Shown: positions 10,020-21,290 of the stretch, in pieces
How the letters are laid out: each line of letters opens with the position of its first letter
Position numbering within the stretch: position 1 is the first letter of the stretch
Source: Scyliorhinus canicula
Taxonomy: Eukaryota
Length of the DNA: 64,000 nucleotides
Direction: 5' to 3'
Assembly (NCBI RefSeq): GCF_902713615.1
Contig: NC_052172.1
Location: forward strand, 6,367,337 to 6,431,336
Translations under genes and position numbers: made by a program
Notes under the pieces: model-generated
The model's input: the letters and a program-made list of their open reading frames with translations, nothing else
Database searches by the model: none
Told to the model about the DNA's origin: nothing

Positions 10020-12550
10020 ACAGACCGAACATTCTCTGGGTTCCGATATTTCTTCTCATTTCAGTCCGTAATTGTTTATTCCGTACCCTTTGACTGCGAC
10101 CCCTGGTTCTAGACATCACATCATCGGGAACATCCTTCTTTCATCTATCCTGACTCGTCATGTTAGAAGTTGACAGGGTTCTATGAGATACCTCCATCAC
10201 TCTCCTGAACTCAAGTGAATAAATCCTAACCGACTCCATGTCTCCTCATACATCTGTCCTGCCATTATAAGAACATAAGAACATAAGAACTAGGAGCAGG
10301 AGTAGGCCATCTGGCCCCTCGAGCCTGCTCCGCCATTCAATTTGATCATGGCTGATCTTTTGTGGACTCAGCTCCACTTTCCGGCCCGAACACCATAACC
10401 CTTAATCCCTTTATTCTTCAAAAAACTATCTATCTTTACCTTAAAAACATGTAATGAAGGAGCCTCAACTGCTTCACTGGGCAAGGAATTCCATAGATTC
10501 ACAACCCTTTGGGTGAAGAAGTTCCTCCTAAACTCAGTCCTAAATCTACTTCCCCTTATTTTGAGGCTATGCCCCCTAGTTCTGCTGTCACCCGCCAGTG
10601 GAAACAACCTGCCCGCATCTATCCTATCTATTCCCTTCATAATTTTAAATGTTTCTATAAGATCCCCCCTCATCCTTCTAAATTCCAACGAGTACAGTCC
10701 CAGTCTACTCAACCTCTCCTCATAATCCAACCCCTTCAGCTCTGGGGTTAACCTAGTGAATCTCCTCTGCACACCCTCCAGTGCCAGTACGTCCTTTCTC
10801 AAGTAAGGAGACCAAAACTGAACACAATACTCCAGGTGTGGCCGCACTAACACCTTATACAATTGCAACATAACCTCCCTAGTCTTAAACTCCATCCCTC
10901 TAGCAATGAAGGACAAAATTCCATTTGCCTTCTTAATCACCTGTTGCACTTGTAAACCAACCTTCTGTGACTCATGCACTAGCACACCCAAGTCTCTCTG
11001 AACAGCGGCATGCTTTAATATTTTATCGTTTAAATAATAATCCCGTTTGCTGTTATTCCTACCAAAATGGATAACCTCACATTTGTCAACATTGTATTCC
11101 ATCTGCCAGACCCGAGCCCATTCACTTAACCTATCCAAATCCCTCTGCAGACTTCCAGTATCCTCTGCACTTTTCGCTTTACCACTCATCTTAGTGTCAT
11201 CTGCAAACTTGGACACATTGCCCTTGGTCCCCAACTCCAAATCATCAATGTAAATTGTGAACAATTGTGGGCCCAACACGGATCCCTGAGGGACACCACT
11301 AGCTACTGATTGCCAACCAGAGAAACACCCATTTATCCCAACTCTTTGCTTTCTATTAATTAACCAATCCTCTATCCATGCTACTACTTTACCCTTAATG
11401 CCATGCATCTTTATCTTTATGCAGGAGTCAGTCTGGAAAAGTTTCGTTGCATTTCTTCCAGAGCAAGAGCATCCTTCCTCCGATAATGAGATCAGAACTG
11501 CACATAGTATTCCAAGTGTGGATTCACCAAAACTCTTTACATCTGCAGGAGCACATCCAAGCTTCTGTAATCGAATCCGCTCGCTATGAAGGTCAGTATA
11601 CCATTTGCCTTCTTTACTGCCTGCTGCACTTGCATGCTTACCTTCAGTGATTGGTGTACGAGATCACCCAGGTCTCGTTGCACATTCCCCTCTCCTAATT
11701 TATGAGATTCAGAAAATAGTCTGCCTTTTATGGATTGGCGCAGGCTGGAAGGGCCAAAGGGGCTGTTCCTGTGCTGTAATTTCCTTTGTTCTTTGTCCTT
11801 CCCAAAGTGGATAAGCTCACATTTACATAAATTGTAATGCATTTGCTATCATTTGACCACTGACTCAACTTGTCAAAATCACGCGTGAACATCTGTGCAT
11901 CCTCCTCACAGCTCACCCTCCAAACCAACTTTGTGTCCTCTGGAAATTTGGAGATATTGCATTCTGTTCCCTCAACTAAATCATGAATATATATTGTGAA
12001 TAGCCGGAGTCCGAGCACTGCTCAATGCCGTACACCACTCGTCACTGCCTGCCATTTGGAAAAGGTCCCGTTAATTCCTGCTCTTTATTTTCTTTCTGAC
12101 AAACATCCCACTCCCATTTGCTTACATTTTACAACCTAATCTCTTACTCTGGACTTTGTCGAAAATCTTCTGAAAGTCCAAATAAACCACATCCACTGGC
12201 TCCCCCCCCCCCCCCCCCACCAATTCTAATCGTTACATACCTGATGAATTCTAATGGGTTTGTCAATCAACTTTTCCCCTTCATAAATCCTTGTTGACTC
12301 TATCCGATCTTGTCATTGTTTTCTAAGCACGATGCCAGAAGCCTTTGAATATGGTTTCTAGAATGTTCCCCAATACCGACGTCAAGCTTACAGGTCTATA
12401 ATTCACTACTTTCGCTTTACCTCCCTTTAAAAAAAGCTGGGTTACATTAGCAAACATCCAATCTGTAGGAACAGTTCCGGAGTCTATAGAATCTTGTAAG
12501 ATGACCCTCAACGCATCGATCATTTCCAAAGCTCTTCCCAAAGCACTCTG
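10020..12550 (-). mobile_element. older degenerate CR1 LINE hosting the younger CR1
   Basis: Fragments 10020-10266 and 11420-12550: LGLRLFTIYIHDL..SKFPEDTK and NYRPVSLTSVLG; the flanks join as cctgccatt|caggagtcagtctgg. Confidence 0.75.
10267..11422 (-). mobile_element. young 5'-truncated CR1 LINE, 346-aa uninterrupted RT C-terminal ORF (10368-11408)
   Basis: SGVPQGSVLGPQLFTIYIDDL..SKFADDTK..RPHLEYCVQFWSP; tail (ATAAGAAC)x3 at 10267-10290. Confidence 0.93.
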
Positions 12551-12908
12551 GGATGAAGATTGTCAGGTCCTGGGGATTTATCAGCCTTCAATGCCATCAG
12601 TTTGCCCATCGCGATTCATCTGCTAATATTAATCTCCTTCACTTCCTCACTATCACTAATCCTAACGCACCCGACAAATTTGCTCCTGGTAAAATAAGTT
12701 CCTCAACCCGTCCCCCACTGGACCCCTTGATTCTCCCTAACCAACCGGCCTCCTCCACACACCACGCCGCTGACTACCCCGGAGTACCAGGCCCAAGAAT
12801 CTGACAACCCTCACCTCCTAAGTGACCACCCTCCCACAACCCGAAAATAACCCACGACACGTCCTAGCCTTCCCGCTACCCGCTCCCGATTCAACTCACC
12901 CACATATT

Positions 12909-13186
12909 TCATTCAAGTCCCTGCTCGTTGACCTTTAAAACTCGCGCTTTACGAGAGCGAAAGGCGGTAAAAAGAAACGCGGCCAGTAAAACGGAGCTCA
13001 ATGACAAGCCGACGGTGATTGCCAATCCTGGGAAATTTGGGACCGTAGTTATCCAATGATTTGTGTGGACTCCAGTTATAAATACGACTGTCAGTTTGAG
13101 TAGATTTCTTTGGCAGGTCTCATTCTGGGGTTTTCGAGAGCAAACACGTTGAGACGCTATCGTGGGCTCCACTGAACTCATTCAAT
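12909..13186 (-). other. putative transmembrane-encoding exon or 90-aa ORF of unknown gene (copy 1)
   Basis: ORF 12909-13181 with CSRKPQNETCQR, hydrophobic LAITVGLSLSSVLLAAFLFTAF and basic RSRKAR; preceded by ctatcAG|AT TGA; paralog at 22639-22914. Confidence 0.4.
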
Positions 13187-13725
13187 CTGATAGAGGTATG
13201 TTTTACTGGTTTCACATAACTATCACGCGGCTGTATTCATCGCTGACTCTGAATCCTCAGTTTCCCAAATGCATTCGGAATGCCGGTCAGAGGAAGGAAA
13301 GAGGCTGCATTGAAAAATCCCAAATGAACAGAGATCCGAAACATGCTGGAAACACGCAGCAGGTCAGGCAGCAGCTGTGGAGAGAGAAACAGAGTGAACG
13401 TTTCGAGTTGAATGTAAGTACTCTTCAGGACTCGAAGTTTATTGTAGAATTGCAGTTATGTTGTATTCGCTTTCTGGAAAAAAATCAACAACACTCCTCC
13501 CTGAGACAATCGGGATCTAAATCTGGGAGAAACCGGAAGTTCTAGGTCAATTCCGAGCTTGAATATTTCCCCTCTGTTCGTAGCTTTCTGACAGGAGGAT
13601 CTGAAATATCCGTGACGCCATTTCCAGCTCGCACGTCACACCTTTCACTGACCTCTTGAACAACAGGCTCTACATTTAAATGTTCCCTCTTCCTCTGCGA
13701 GGCTTGATCCTGATTGCTCAGAAGG

Positions 13726-14656
13726 ATGGAATTTAATCTTCTGCTCGTTGTCTTTGCTTTGCTCATGCGCCGTAAATTAACATCAAATCTCTGTCTTTGT
13801 TTTATTTGTACTTAACTCTGTTAGGAAACGGTTTATCCGAATATCGTTCTTTCACTTTATCTATTTTCTTTCACATATACTTTATTCCGACGTTTGAAAT
13901 GAAGATAAAAATGAAAATCGCTTATTGTCACAAGGAGGCTTCAAATGAAGTTACTCTGAAAAGCCCCTAGTCGCCACATTCCGGCGCCTGTTCGGGAAGG
14001 CTGGTACGGGAATTGAACCGTGCTGCCGCCCTGATTTGGTCTGCTTTCAAAGCCAGCAATTTAGCCGTGTGCTAAACCAGCCCCTCTTAATAAGAACTCC
14101 CCCCCCCTCCCCAAATTTCCGTTCCAAACCGAAATTAACCCGGGAAAATCTAGGATTCAGATTGATTGCTTAGCTCTTTCAAAGAATTGCCGCAAACACA
14201 TTGGGACGAATGGCGGCCTTCATGCGCGTTGTGAATCTGAACTTCTTATTCATTAGAATATGTGCTGTGATATACCGGAGCTCTAGTTCTCCCGCCTTTT
14301 CTCTGATGCCCCTGCATTAATTGAATCTTGTATCTATTTTCCTATTTCAGATTATTGTCGATGTGTTTCAGTGTCTCAGATTCCCCGAGAATTAACAGCG
14401 CGGCGAGGGGACAACACAACACTGACCTGTCAACAGGAGGACACCGACTACATCACAATGCTCTGGTACCGCCAGTACCGGGAACACGGCCTCCAGTTTG
14501 TGGTGATGGACGTGTCTGGGAATAACCCGACTTTCGAGAAAGGATTGGAGACGGGATTTCAGGTGGTGAGACCCAACCGCAAAAGGTGCATTTTGAAATT
14601 AGCGGCCGTGGATTCCGACGATACAGCGATCTATTACTGCGCTGCAAGTGATGGAG
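13726..14656 (+). CDS. TRBV: V2: TCR V segment, family B, open reading frame
   Basis: Leader exon 13726-13771 MEFNLLLVVFALLMR with phase-1 GTAAAT; acceptor ctatttcAG at 14350; V exon ..VSQIPRELTARRGDNTTLTC..MLWYRQ..RPNRK..DTAIYYCAASDG. Confidence 0.9.
13905..14045 (-). mobile_element. short tRNA-derived SINE (second family) in the V2 intron
   Basis: reverse complement of ggggctggtttagcacac...ggaatgtggcgactaggggcttttc...gacaataagcgattttcatt; a + strand copy lies at 45715-45900. Confidence 0.75.
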
Positions 14657-14695
14657 CACAGTGCTTCAAACCCCTTATGTACCGTTACAAGAACC
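14657..14695 (+). other. 23-RSS of V2
   Basis: CACAGTG + 23 nt + ACAAGAACC. Confidence 0.93.
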
Positions 14696-15069
14696 AATTA
14701 ACGTCATTTCTGTAGCTACCTTGCTCTGTTCGTCCTTTTTGTGACTCACAGAGCGGCTTTGTCTTTTGGAGTTTCTGTGTCTTATTTAATTACTGCTCAT
14801 GCCCTGATCTTCAATCGATAACGAACTGGTTTTCCAGACTGAAAGAGAGAGAGGGAGTGGGGATGGGGGTAGTGGTAGGGGGGGAGGGGGGGGGGTGAAG
14901 GTGAACGCAAATGATAGATTAATGCGCTCATCTGAGAATATGGTGCCTTAACAATTGATTCCACCAGTTTTGAGGGTATGGTGTTTTTTTTTATCCGAAC
15001 CTCTGGACTCTATTGGAAGTATTATATTTCTGGTTTTTGTATCAACGCACTTTATAGTCATGAGTATTG

Positions 15070-15378
15070 CACAGTCCAAAGACGTGCAGGTTAGATGGAT
15101 TGGCCGTGATAAATTGCCCTTAGTGTCCAAAATTGCCCTTAGTGTTGGGTGGGGTTACTGGGTTATGGGGATAGGGTGGAGTTGTTGACCTTGGGTAGGG
15201 TGCTCTTTCCAAGAACCGGTGGAGACTCGATGGGCTGAATGGCCTCCTTCTGCACTGTAAATTCTATGAAACCTATGAAATTGGGTTACGGGGATAGGGT
15301 GGAAGTGAGAGCTTAAATGGGTCGGTGCAGACTCGATGGGCCGAATGGCCTCTTTCTGTACAGTATGTTCTATGTTCT
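15070..15378 (+). mobile_element. V-SINE 3' portions (two tails) abutting the broken V3 exon
   Basis: cacagtccaaagacgtgcaggttag... and ...aatggcctctttctgtacagtatgttctatgttct. Confidence 0.8.
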
Positions 15379-15591
15379 AATTATGCCCCAGGAAATTCGG
15401 AGGCGGCGTCGGGCATCTGGGGAACAGTCTGCAAGTTGACGTCTGGCAAAGACACGGAGAGGAATTCAGTAAAGAAGTCACGGGGAAAGATGTTTTGGAC
15501 GAAAAATAAAAAAAGTTAATGAGTGTTATTAAATAAAATGATAGTTTTATTTACATCCAAACAGCATTGTCAGACCCAGAAATAGATACAT
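15375..15591 (-). pseudogene. V3: family C V pseudogene (leader plus 5' FR1 only)
   Basis: Leader 15555-15591 MYLFLGLTMLFG with GTAAAT; exon from 15442 VNLQTVPQMPDAASEFPGA*LE, then a SINE tail; no 3' half or RSS recognised. Confidence 0.8.
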
Positions 15592-15692
15592 ATTTTAAAA
15601 GCTGCCGCTTGATCAATATACGGTTGAGATCAGGTTGGCACGAATGAACCCGTCTCATCCAATCATTGCACAGAACAAGGCGGTCAGAATCA

Positions 15693-15700
15693 AGTGACGC
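15693..15700. promoter_or_regulatory. CRE-like AGTGACGC upstream of the V3 leader
   Basis: about 100 bp upstream of the ATG; same motif upstream of V5 (25357-25364); AGTAACGT variant upstream of V9. Confidence 0.4.
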
Positions 15701-16961
15701 AGCGTTGGCCACGCTCCTTCTCCAGGTGAACCATTGGGAATCGAGTTTGGGTGTCAATCTCCCTCTCGTTCTTTCTCTGGATACCTCAATTTCTCTATCA
15801 CTCTCTCAGGAAACATTTATCTTAAGTTTATTACTCTTCCATTTTCTCTCTCCCCTCTCTTACCGTCTTTGCGACTATATCCGTGAATTTATTTTTGTGC
15901 CCGTACATCTCTCTCTCCTTGTATCGCTTTCGCCATCTGACTATCTGCCTGTCTTACCCTGTTTTTCCACTCTCGCTGCATGGTTTACCCGCCTGCCTCT
16001 TTGCTTCAGTGTCTTCCGATCTTCCTTTTTTGACACTCTCTATCTCTCTCATTCACACAAGAATTCTCCACCCTCCACATTTGGGTCACACGCCTGTCTG
16101 TTCTCTACATGAGTTGAAATAAACTACCTAAAGCTTTCAGAAAACTACCGAATTGTCGTAAGTCCCCGTCTGATTCACGAATATTCAGTAGGGGAGCAAA
16201 TCTTCCATTCCTACCCTACTTCACTGTGTCCCAGTTTCACTTCCTCCGCCTGTTTTTCCGTCTTTCTACGCGAATTGGGCCTATGGTGGTTCCGCTGTTG
16301 AGCATCACGGTTCCCATGTCATGGTGGAGCTGGTGTAGAATGGTGAACAATGCTCAGAGCCATGAGAAGGGAAAGCACATTTTTGCTCCCGTCAATAACA
16401 AGTTCCAAAAATATTGGCAATCTTTAATGCACGTTGAGAAATTGTTGGCGTGCCACTTTACTGACAGCTGATTGGTTTACTCAAGCATGTCAGAAGACAG
16501 TTAATCAACCACTTTGTCATGTTTCGGGAGTCACGTAGAGACCAGCCAGGGTAGGAATGGAAGATTTGCTTCCCTACTGAATATTCGTGAATCAGACGGG
16601 GTCTTACGACAATTCGGTAGTTTTCTGAAAGTTCTAGGTAGTTTTATTTCAACTCATGGTCGTAGATCATTAGCCGACTCTTCTATACGACTGCACAAGC
16701 AACATATCCACTCTGCTGCCACACACTGAGAAGCGGCCGAATTACTCAGACTTTCTGTAACTATTTCAGATGTAAACTAACTTCCGACTCGCCTCTCAAA
16801 ATGGTCCGCGTTCGTACCAATCCGGAAATGACGTTTTGGAGCTAATGACCAATAAGACGTTCGTTCCTTGCACTCACCGTTGAACACATTGGAGGAGGAG
16901 ACAATAACGCTCACTTCGTGCCCAGAATTTGAGATATTCTGCAGTTAAACAGACTTTAAAG

Positions 16962-17875
16962 ATGTTTTTGTCTCGGCGCTGGGTTCTGTTGCTCCTGTTA
17001 CCCGGTAAGGTGGAACTGGCCTTTGAGGTGTCAGTGGTTTTCACTGTTGTTGCCCTGCATGTTCAGATTATGGTTTAAAACATTCTTCAGAGTCATTCAC
17101 ACCGTTTGAAGGTGTAGACACCCTCTGCCTCTGTCTGTTGCCGCTTTCTTTCTTTCTCACTGTCCTCCTCTCCTTGCCACCTTGTCTTCCTCTCTCTGAC
17201 ACTCAGTTCTTCTCTCTTTCGACCTGTCTCCTAATGTCCTTCTTTCGGCTGATCCTTCCTTCCCCATTATCTCTCAGCGCGTTTGTGTGCTTGCTCCCGC
17301 TCTTTATGGCACTCTGACCCTTTCATGGCCTATTTATTGTCGTCAGTTATTCCTCTCTGTGTTCGAGTTACTGCTCTCTCTATTGCCTTTGTTTCACTCA
17401 TTCCCTCCTCTCACTCTTGATCTGAGATTAGCCCCTTCTCTATCTCTATATCACTGCCTCACTCTCCTCCTGTCCCTCTGTCACCATGGCGTCCCCTCTA
17501 TATATCTGCCTGTTATTGTCTCCACTCAAAGGATTTCTAAGTTAACATCTCTGCATCTTTTCACCCTCCTCTTATACAGATGTGGCGGCTGTGCTAGTGC
17601 AACAGACTCCAGCTCATTTCTCCAGTTCCCCTGGCTCTTCATTCCGCATCGAATGCATTTACAGAAAAGCAGATACTACCTCCACTTTCCGTTGGTATCG
17701 ATGGCATCCTGACCGGGAGCCTCAGGATCTTTTCTATTCCTATGCTGGGACGATCACACCCGCCGGTGAGGTAGACGGTTTCACCGCCAGAATACGGGAC
17801 AACACCCACTTTTACCTGGAGACCACCAGCCTGTGGGCCAATCACTCGGACGTCTATTACTGCGCGTGGAGTTTA
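16962..17875 (+). CDS. TRBV: V4: TCR V segment, family A, open reading frame
   Basis: Leader exon 16962-17004 MFLSRRWVLLLLLP with GTAAGG; V exon 17580-17875 DVAAVLVQQTP..IEC..FRWYRW..YYCAWSL. Confidence 0.9.
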
Positions 17876-17914
17876 CACAGTGACTCAGAGAGATGGAGGA
17901 GCTAAACAAAAACC
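17876..17914 (+). other. 23-RSS of V4 (consensus)
   Basis: CACAGTG + 23 nt + ACAAAAACC. Confidence 0.95.
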
Positions 17915-17989
17915 CACCTGGATCGGAAACAACTATCGAGGATACATTTACCCATTTTTATGTCTGTCTATCTGTCTAAGGACTCTCCA

Positions 17990-18250
17990 TAGAGCCCTTA
18001 CAGTTCAGAAGAAGGCCCATCGAGTCTGAACCGACTCTCCGAAGGAGCATTCCCCCTGCACCCCCCCTCCCAAACTCCTAAAAAGCACGCCCCCGTCCCC
18101 ATCCCTGTAACCCAACACACGCACCTAAACCTTTGGACACTAAGGGAAAATTTAGCATGTCCAATCCACCTAACCTGCACATCTTTTGGACTGCGGGAGG
18201 AAGCCGGAGCAACCGGAGGAATCCCACCCTGACACGGGGAGAACGTGCAT
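17990..18250 (-). mobile_element. V-SINE (HE1-like)
   Basis: reverse complement of the V-SINE core and tail. Confidence 0.8.
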
Positions 18251-18444
18251 AACGTGTCGCCCATCATTATGTTCGACATATCTATTTAACTATTAAACGT
18301 CATTTAATACGTCAGAATATTTAAATGCATAATTGAAATCACGCTTTTAAATTTTGTCAAGGTTGATTCATCATCTTTCCACGTCTGGTATTATCAATTA
18401 TTACATGTCCCCATCACGCCTACGATCTGATCGTCTGCGTTTCA

Positions 18445-18716
18445 TAGAATTTACAGCGCGGATGGAGGCCATTCGGCCCATAGAGACTGCACCGGCCGTT
18501 GGAATGAGCTCCCCACTTAAGCCTACACCTCCACCTAAACTGTTTGGACGCTGAGGACAATTGAAATGGCCAGTTCACCCAAACCTCAGCACCCGCAGGA
18601 AACCCACACCGGGAGAACGTGTAGACTCCGCACAGACAGTGACCCAAGCCGGGAATTGAACCCAGGTCCCTGGCGCTGTGAAGCAACAGTGCTAACCGCT
18701 GTGCTACCGTGTCGCC
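18445..18716 (-). mobile_element. V-SINE (HE1-like)
   Basis: head gacacggtagcacagcggttagcactg and core on the minus strand. Confidence 0.8.
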
Positions 18717-20199
18717 CCCTTAAATCTACGAATAGTTTACAAGGTGGTGTAAATGGCTGAATTCTTGCACAGAAAAAACGTACAGGGCAAATCACGCGGC
18801 ATGGCAAATAACTCCCCACTGCGCCATTCAATATTTCCTAGCTTTACAGGTCAAGTTTAGGTTAATCCACCAATTCCGCTCTCGGGACGACAGCAGTGTT
18901 AATTATCAGAAATGATAAAATGATACAACTCAAGTGAAGGCCATTCTGTCCATTTGCTTGATCGAAGAGCTATCTGATTAGTTAATATAATGCTGATCTG
19001 TTCCAGATAGCATTAGAAAGTAATCCACTTCATTTCCTTCTCCAAGGTCCCTTTTAAAAGTTACCATAAAATTTGCTTCCAGGCAATGCCATTCCAGATT
19101 ATACATTTTACTGTGGGAAAATTTCTACTGATCCCCCACTGAGCTTCGTACCCAGAAATGGAGGGAGGAAAATGGTTTGGAAACACAACAACCATGAACT
19201 AATTGAACAATAAGGGGGTCGAGATAGCGAATTACCTAATCTGTCTGTTAGATTCCAGTGTTTGTAATCTGGTTCTTTTACCAAATAACTAAAATGTATA
19301 GTTCCTGCCTAATGTCCATTCTATCAGCAGATAATTGTTTCTGAACTCGTTCTCCCGATTTATCTTTGGTGACTTTCAAGATCTCTTTCAAATGTCGCTT
19401 TACGATCGGTGCTCCAATAGGAGCAAACGACGTAAACTGGAAATAATTAATCTTAGAACCTTTAATCATGTCACGTCTTATTCACAGAACAAAATGGCCA
19501 CATCTGTTCATAAACCATTTTCACTGAACACCTGGTTCCTGACAGCTGCTTACAATTTGTTGAAAACCGTTAACCCACTTCTCTATCTGCCTTTTGAACA
19601 ATCTTAAATGTTTCTGATAGTTCAGCACACTGAGGGATTCACCCTTTAAAGCTTAGATCTCAGATGGGACAGTAATCTTACTCTGCTTGAGACAAGAAAG
19701 TGCTTCAACGTTGCTTAAAGTATGATCGAAACGCAGAAAACAGGTCATAACCATTCCGACCACTCATGCCGGGCCCGCCGCTCTGTAAGAGCCATTAATT
19801 ATTCTCACATCATCCAGCTGCCATTCCCCTTAAGGTCACCCCATCAACGGCGCATCCATCCCTTTCTCCCCCGTTACCTTACTTTGTTCCCCCAAACCAA
19901 ATATGCTATTTGGCACAACGACCAGAGTAAAGGATTGCAAATATCCAGCCCTTCGACACCCGCCTCCTCCCCCTGAGTCCAAGTCAAACTGGAAACTTAT
20001 GGCCCGTGCCTTTGAAATTTCCTTTGCCATCCCCTCAATTTACTTTGAATCATCTCCAAATATCAAAGATGTCAGATTACTTGGGATTACGGGGCTACAA
20101 CGATAGGACAGTGGTGTTGGCCGCGTTAGGATGCTCTTTCAGAGCGTCGGTGCAGACTCTGTGTACCGAATGCCTTCTTTCCACACTCTAAGGATGATA

Positions 20200-21290
20200 T
20201 TAAAGAAAAGAACAATGAACAATGGAAAGTACAGCAGAGGAACAGGCCATTCGGCACTCCATGCCTGCGCCGGTCAGGATGCCCTAACAAGAAAAATGCT
20301 TCTGTCCTTGCTCGGTCCATATTCCTCTATTTACTCCCTATGCATGCATTCATCCAGATGCCTCTTGAATGTTGCTAATATGCCTGCTTCCACCACATCG
20401 TTTGGCGGCGAGCTCCAGGCAACCACCAGTCTTTGCGTGAACAGATTACCCTGCACATCGCCTTGAAACATTCCCCTTCTCACCTTGAACCTGTGCCACC
20501 TTGTAATTGACACTTCCACCCTTAGGAAAAGTCTCTGACTATTCACCCTGTCTATGTCTCTAATAATTATGTTGACTTCCATCAGTCACCCCCCAGGCAC
20601 AGCCTTTCCAGTGAAAACAATAATAGTTTCCTAGTTTATTCACCTCTCCTCATAGCCAACGCCCTCGAGACCAGACAATATTCTGGCGAACCTTCTTTTC
20701 ACTCTGTCCAAAGCTTCCACGTCCTTCTGATAATATAGTGTCCCGAACTGCACGCAAAACTCTAAATACGGCCAAACCAAAGGTTTATATCGCTGCAATA
20801 TGATTTCCCAACTCTTGCACCCAGTGACCCGGCTGATGAATGCAAGCATGCCATGTGCCTTCTTAATCACGTTGGCCACCTGTGTTGCCACTTTTGGGGA
20901 ACTGTGGACCTGCACGTCCAGCTCCTTACGAGTTCTGCCATTTACAGTATAATTCATACCTAGATGTGGTCCTCCAAAATCCATCACCTCGCATTTGTCC
21001 TGATTAAACTCCATCTGCCATTTCTGTGCCCAAGTCTCCAATCTATGTACATCCTGTTGTATCCTTTGGCAATCCTCGCCACTGTCAGCAAGACCGCCTA
21101 TCTTCGTGTCATCCGCAAACATACTAACCAGACCACCCACATTTTCTGCTGGATCATTTATATATATATTAAAAACAACAGGGGTCTATCACTGGTCCCT
21201 GTGGAACACCACCAGCCCTCCATTCTGAAAAATCACCCTTCTACCTCTACACTCAGTCTCCTATAACAAAGCCAGATCTGTATCCATCTA
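20200..21290 (-). mobile_element. degenerate CR1 LINE 3' fragment
   Basis: ORF 20640-21140 GGLVSMFADDTKIGG..WQMEFNQDKCEV..PLVWPYLEFCVQF. Confidence 0.85.

Noticed and set aside
13394-13429. Minus-strand CUGAAGA...GAAACGUU hammerhead-like string (degenerate copy near 23080)
   Set aside because: The stem II register does not fit the core (GAGU/ACUC pairing consumes G8-A9); probably a decayed Penelope-derived repeat
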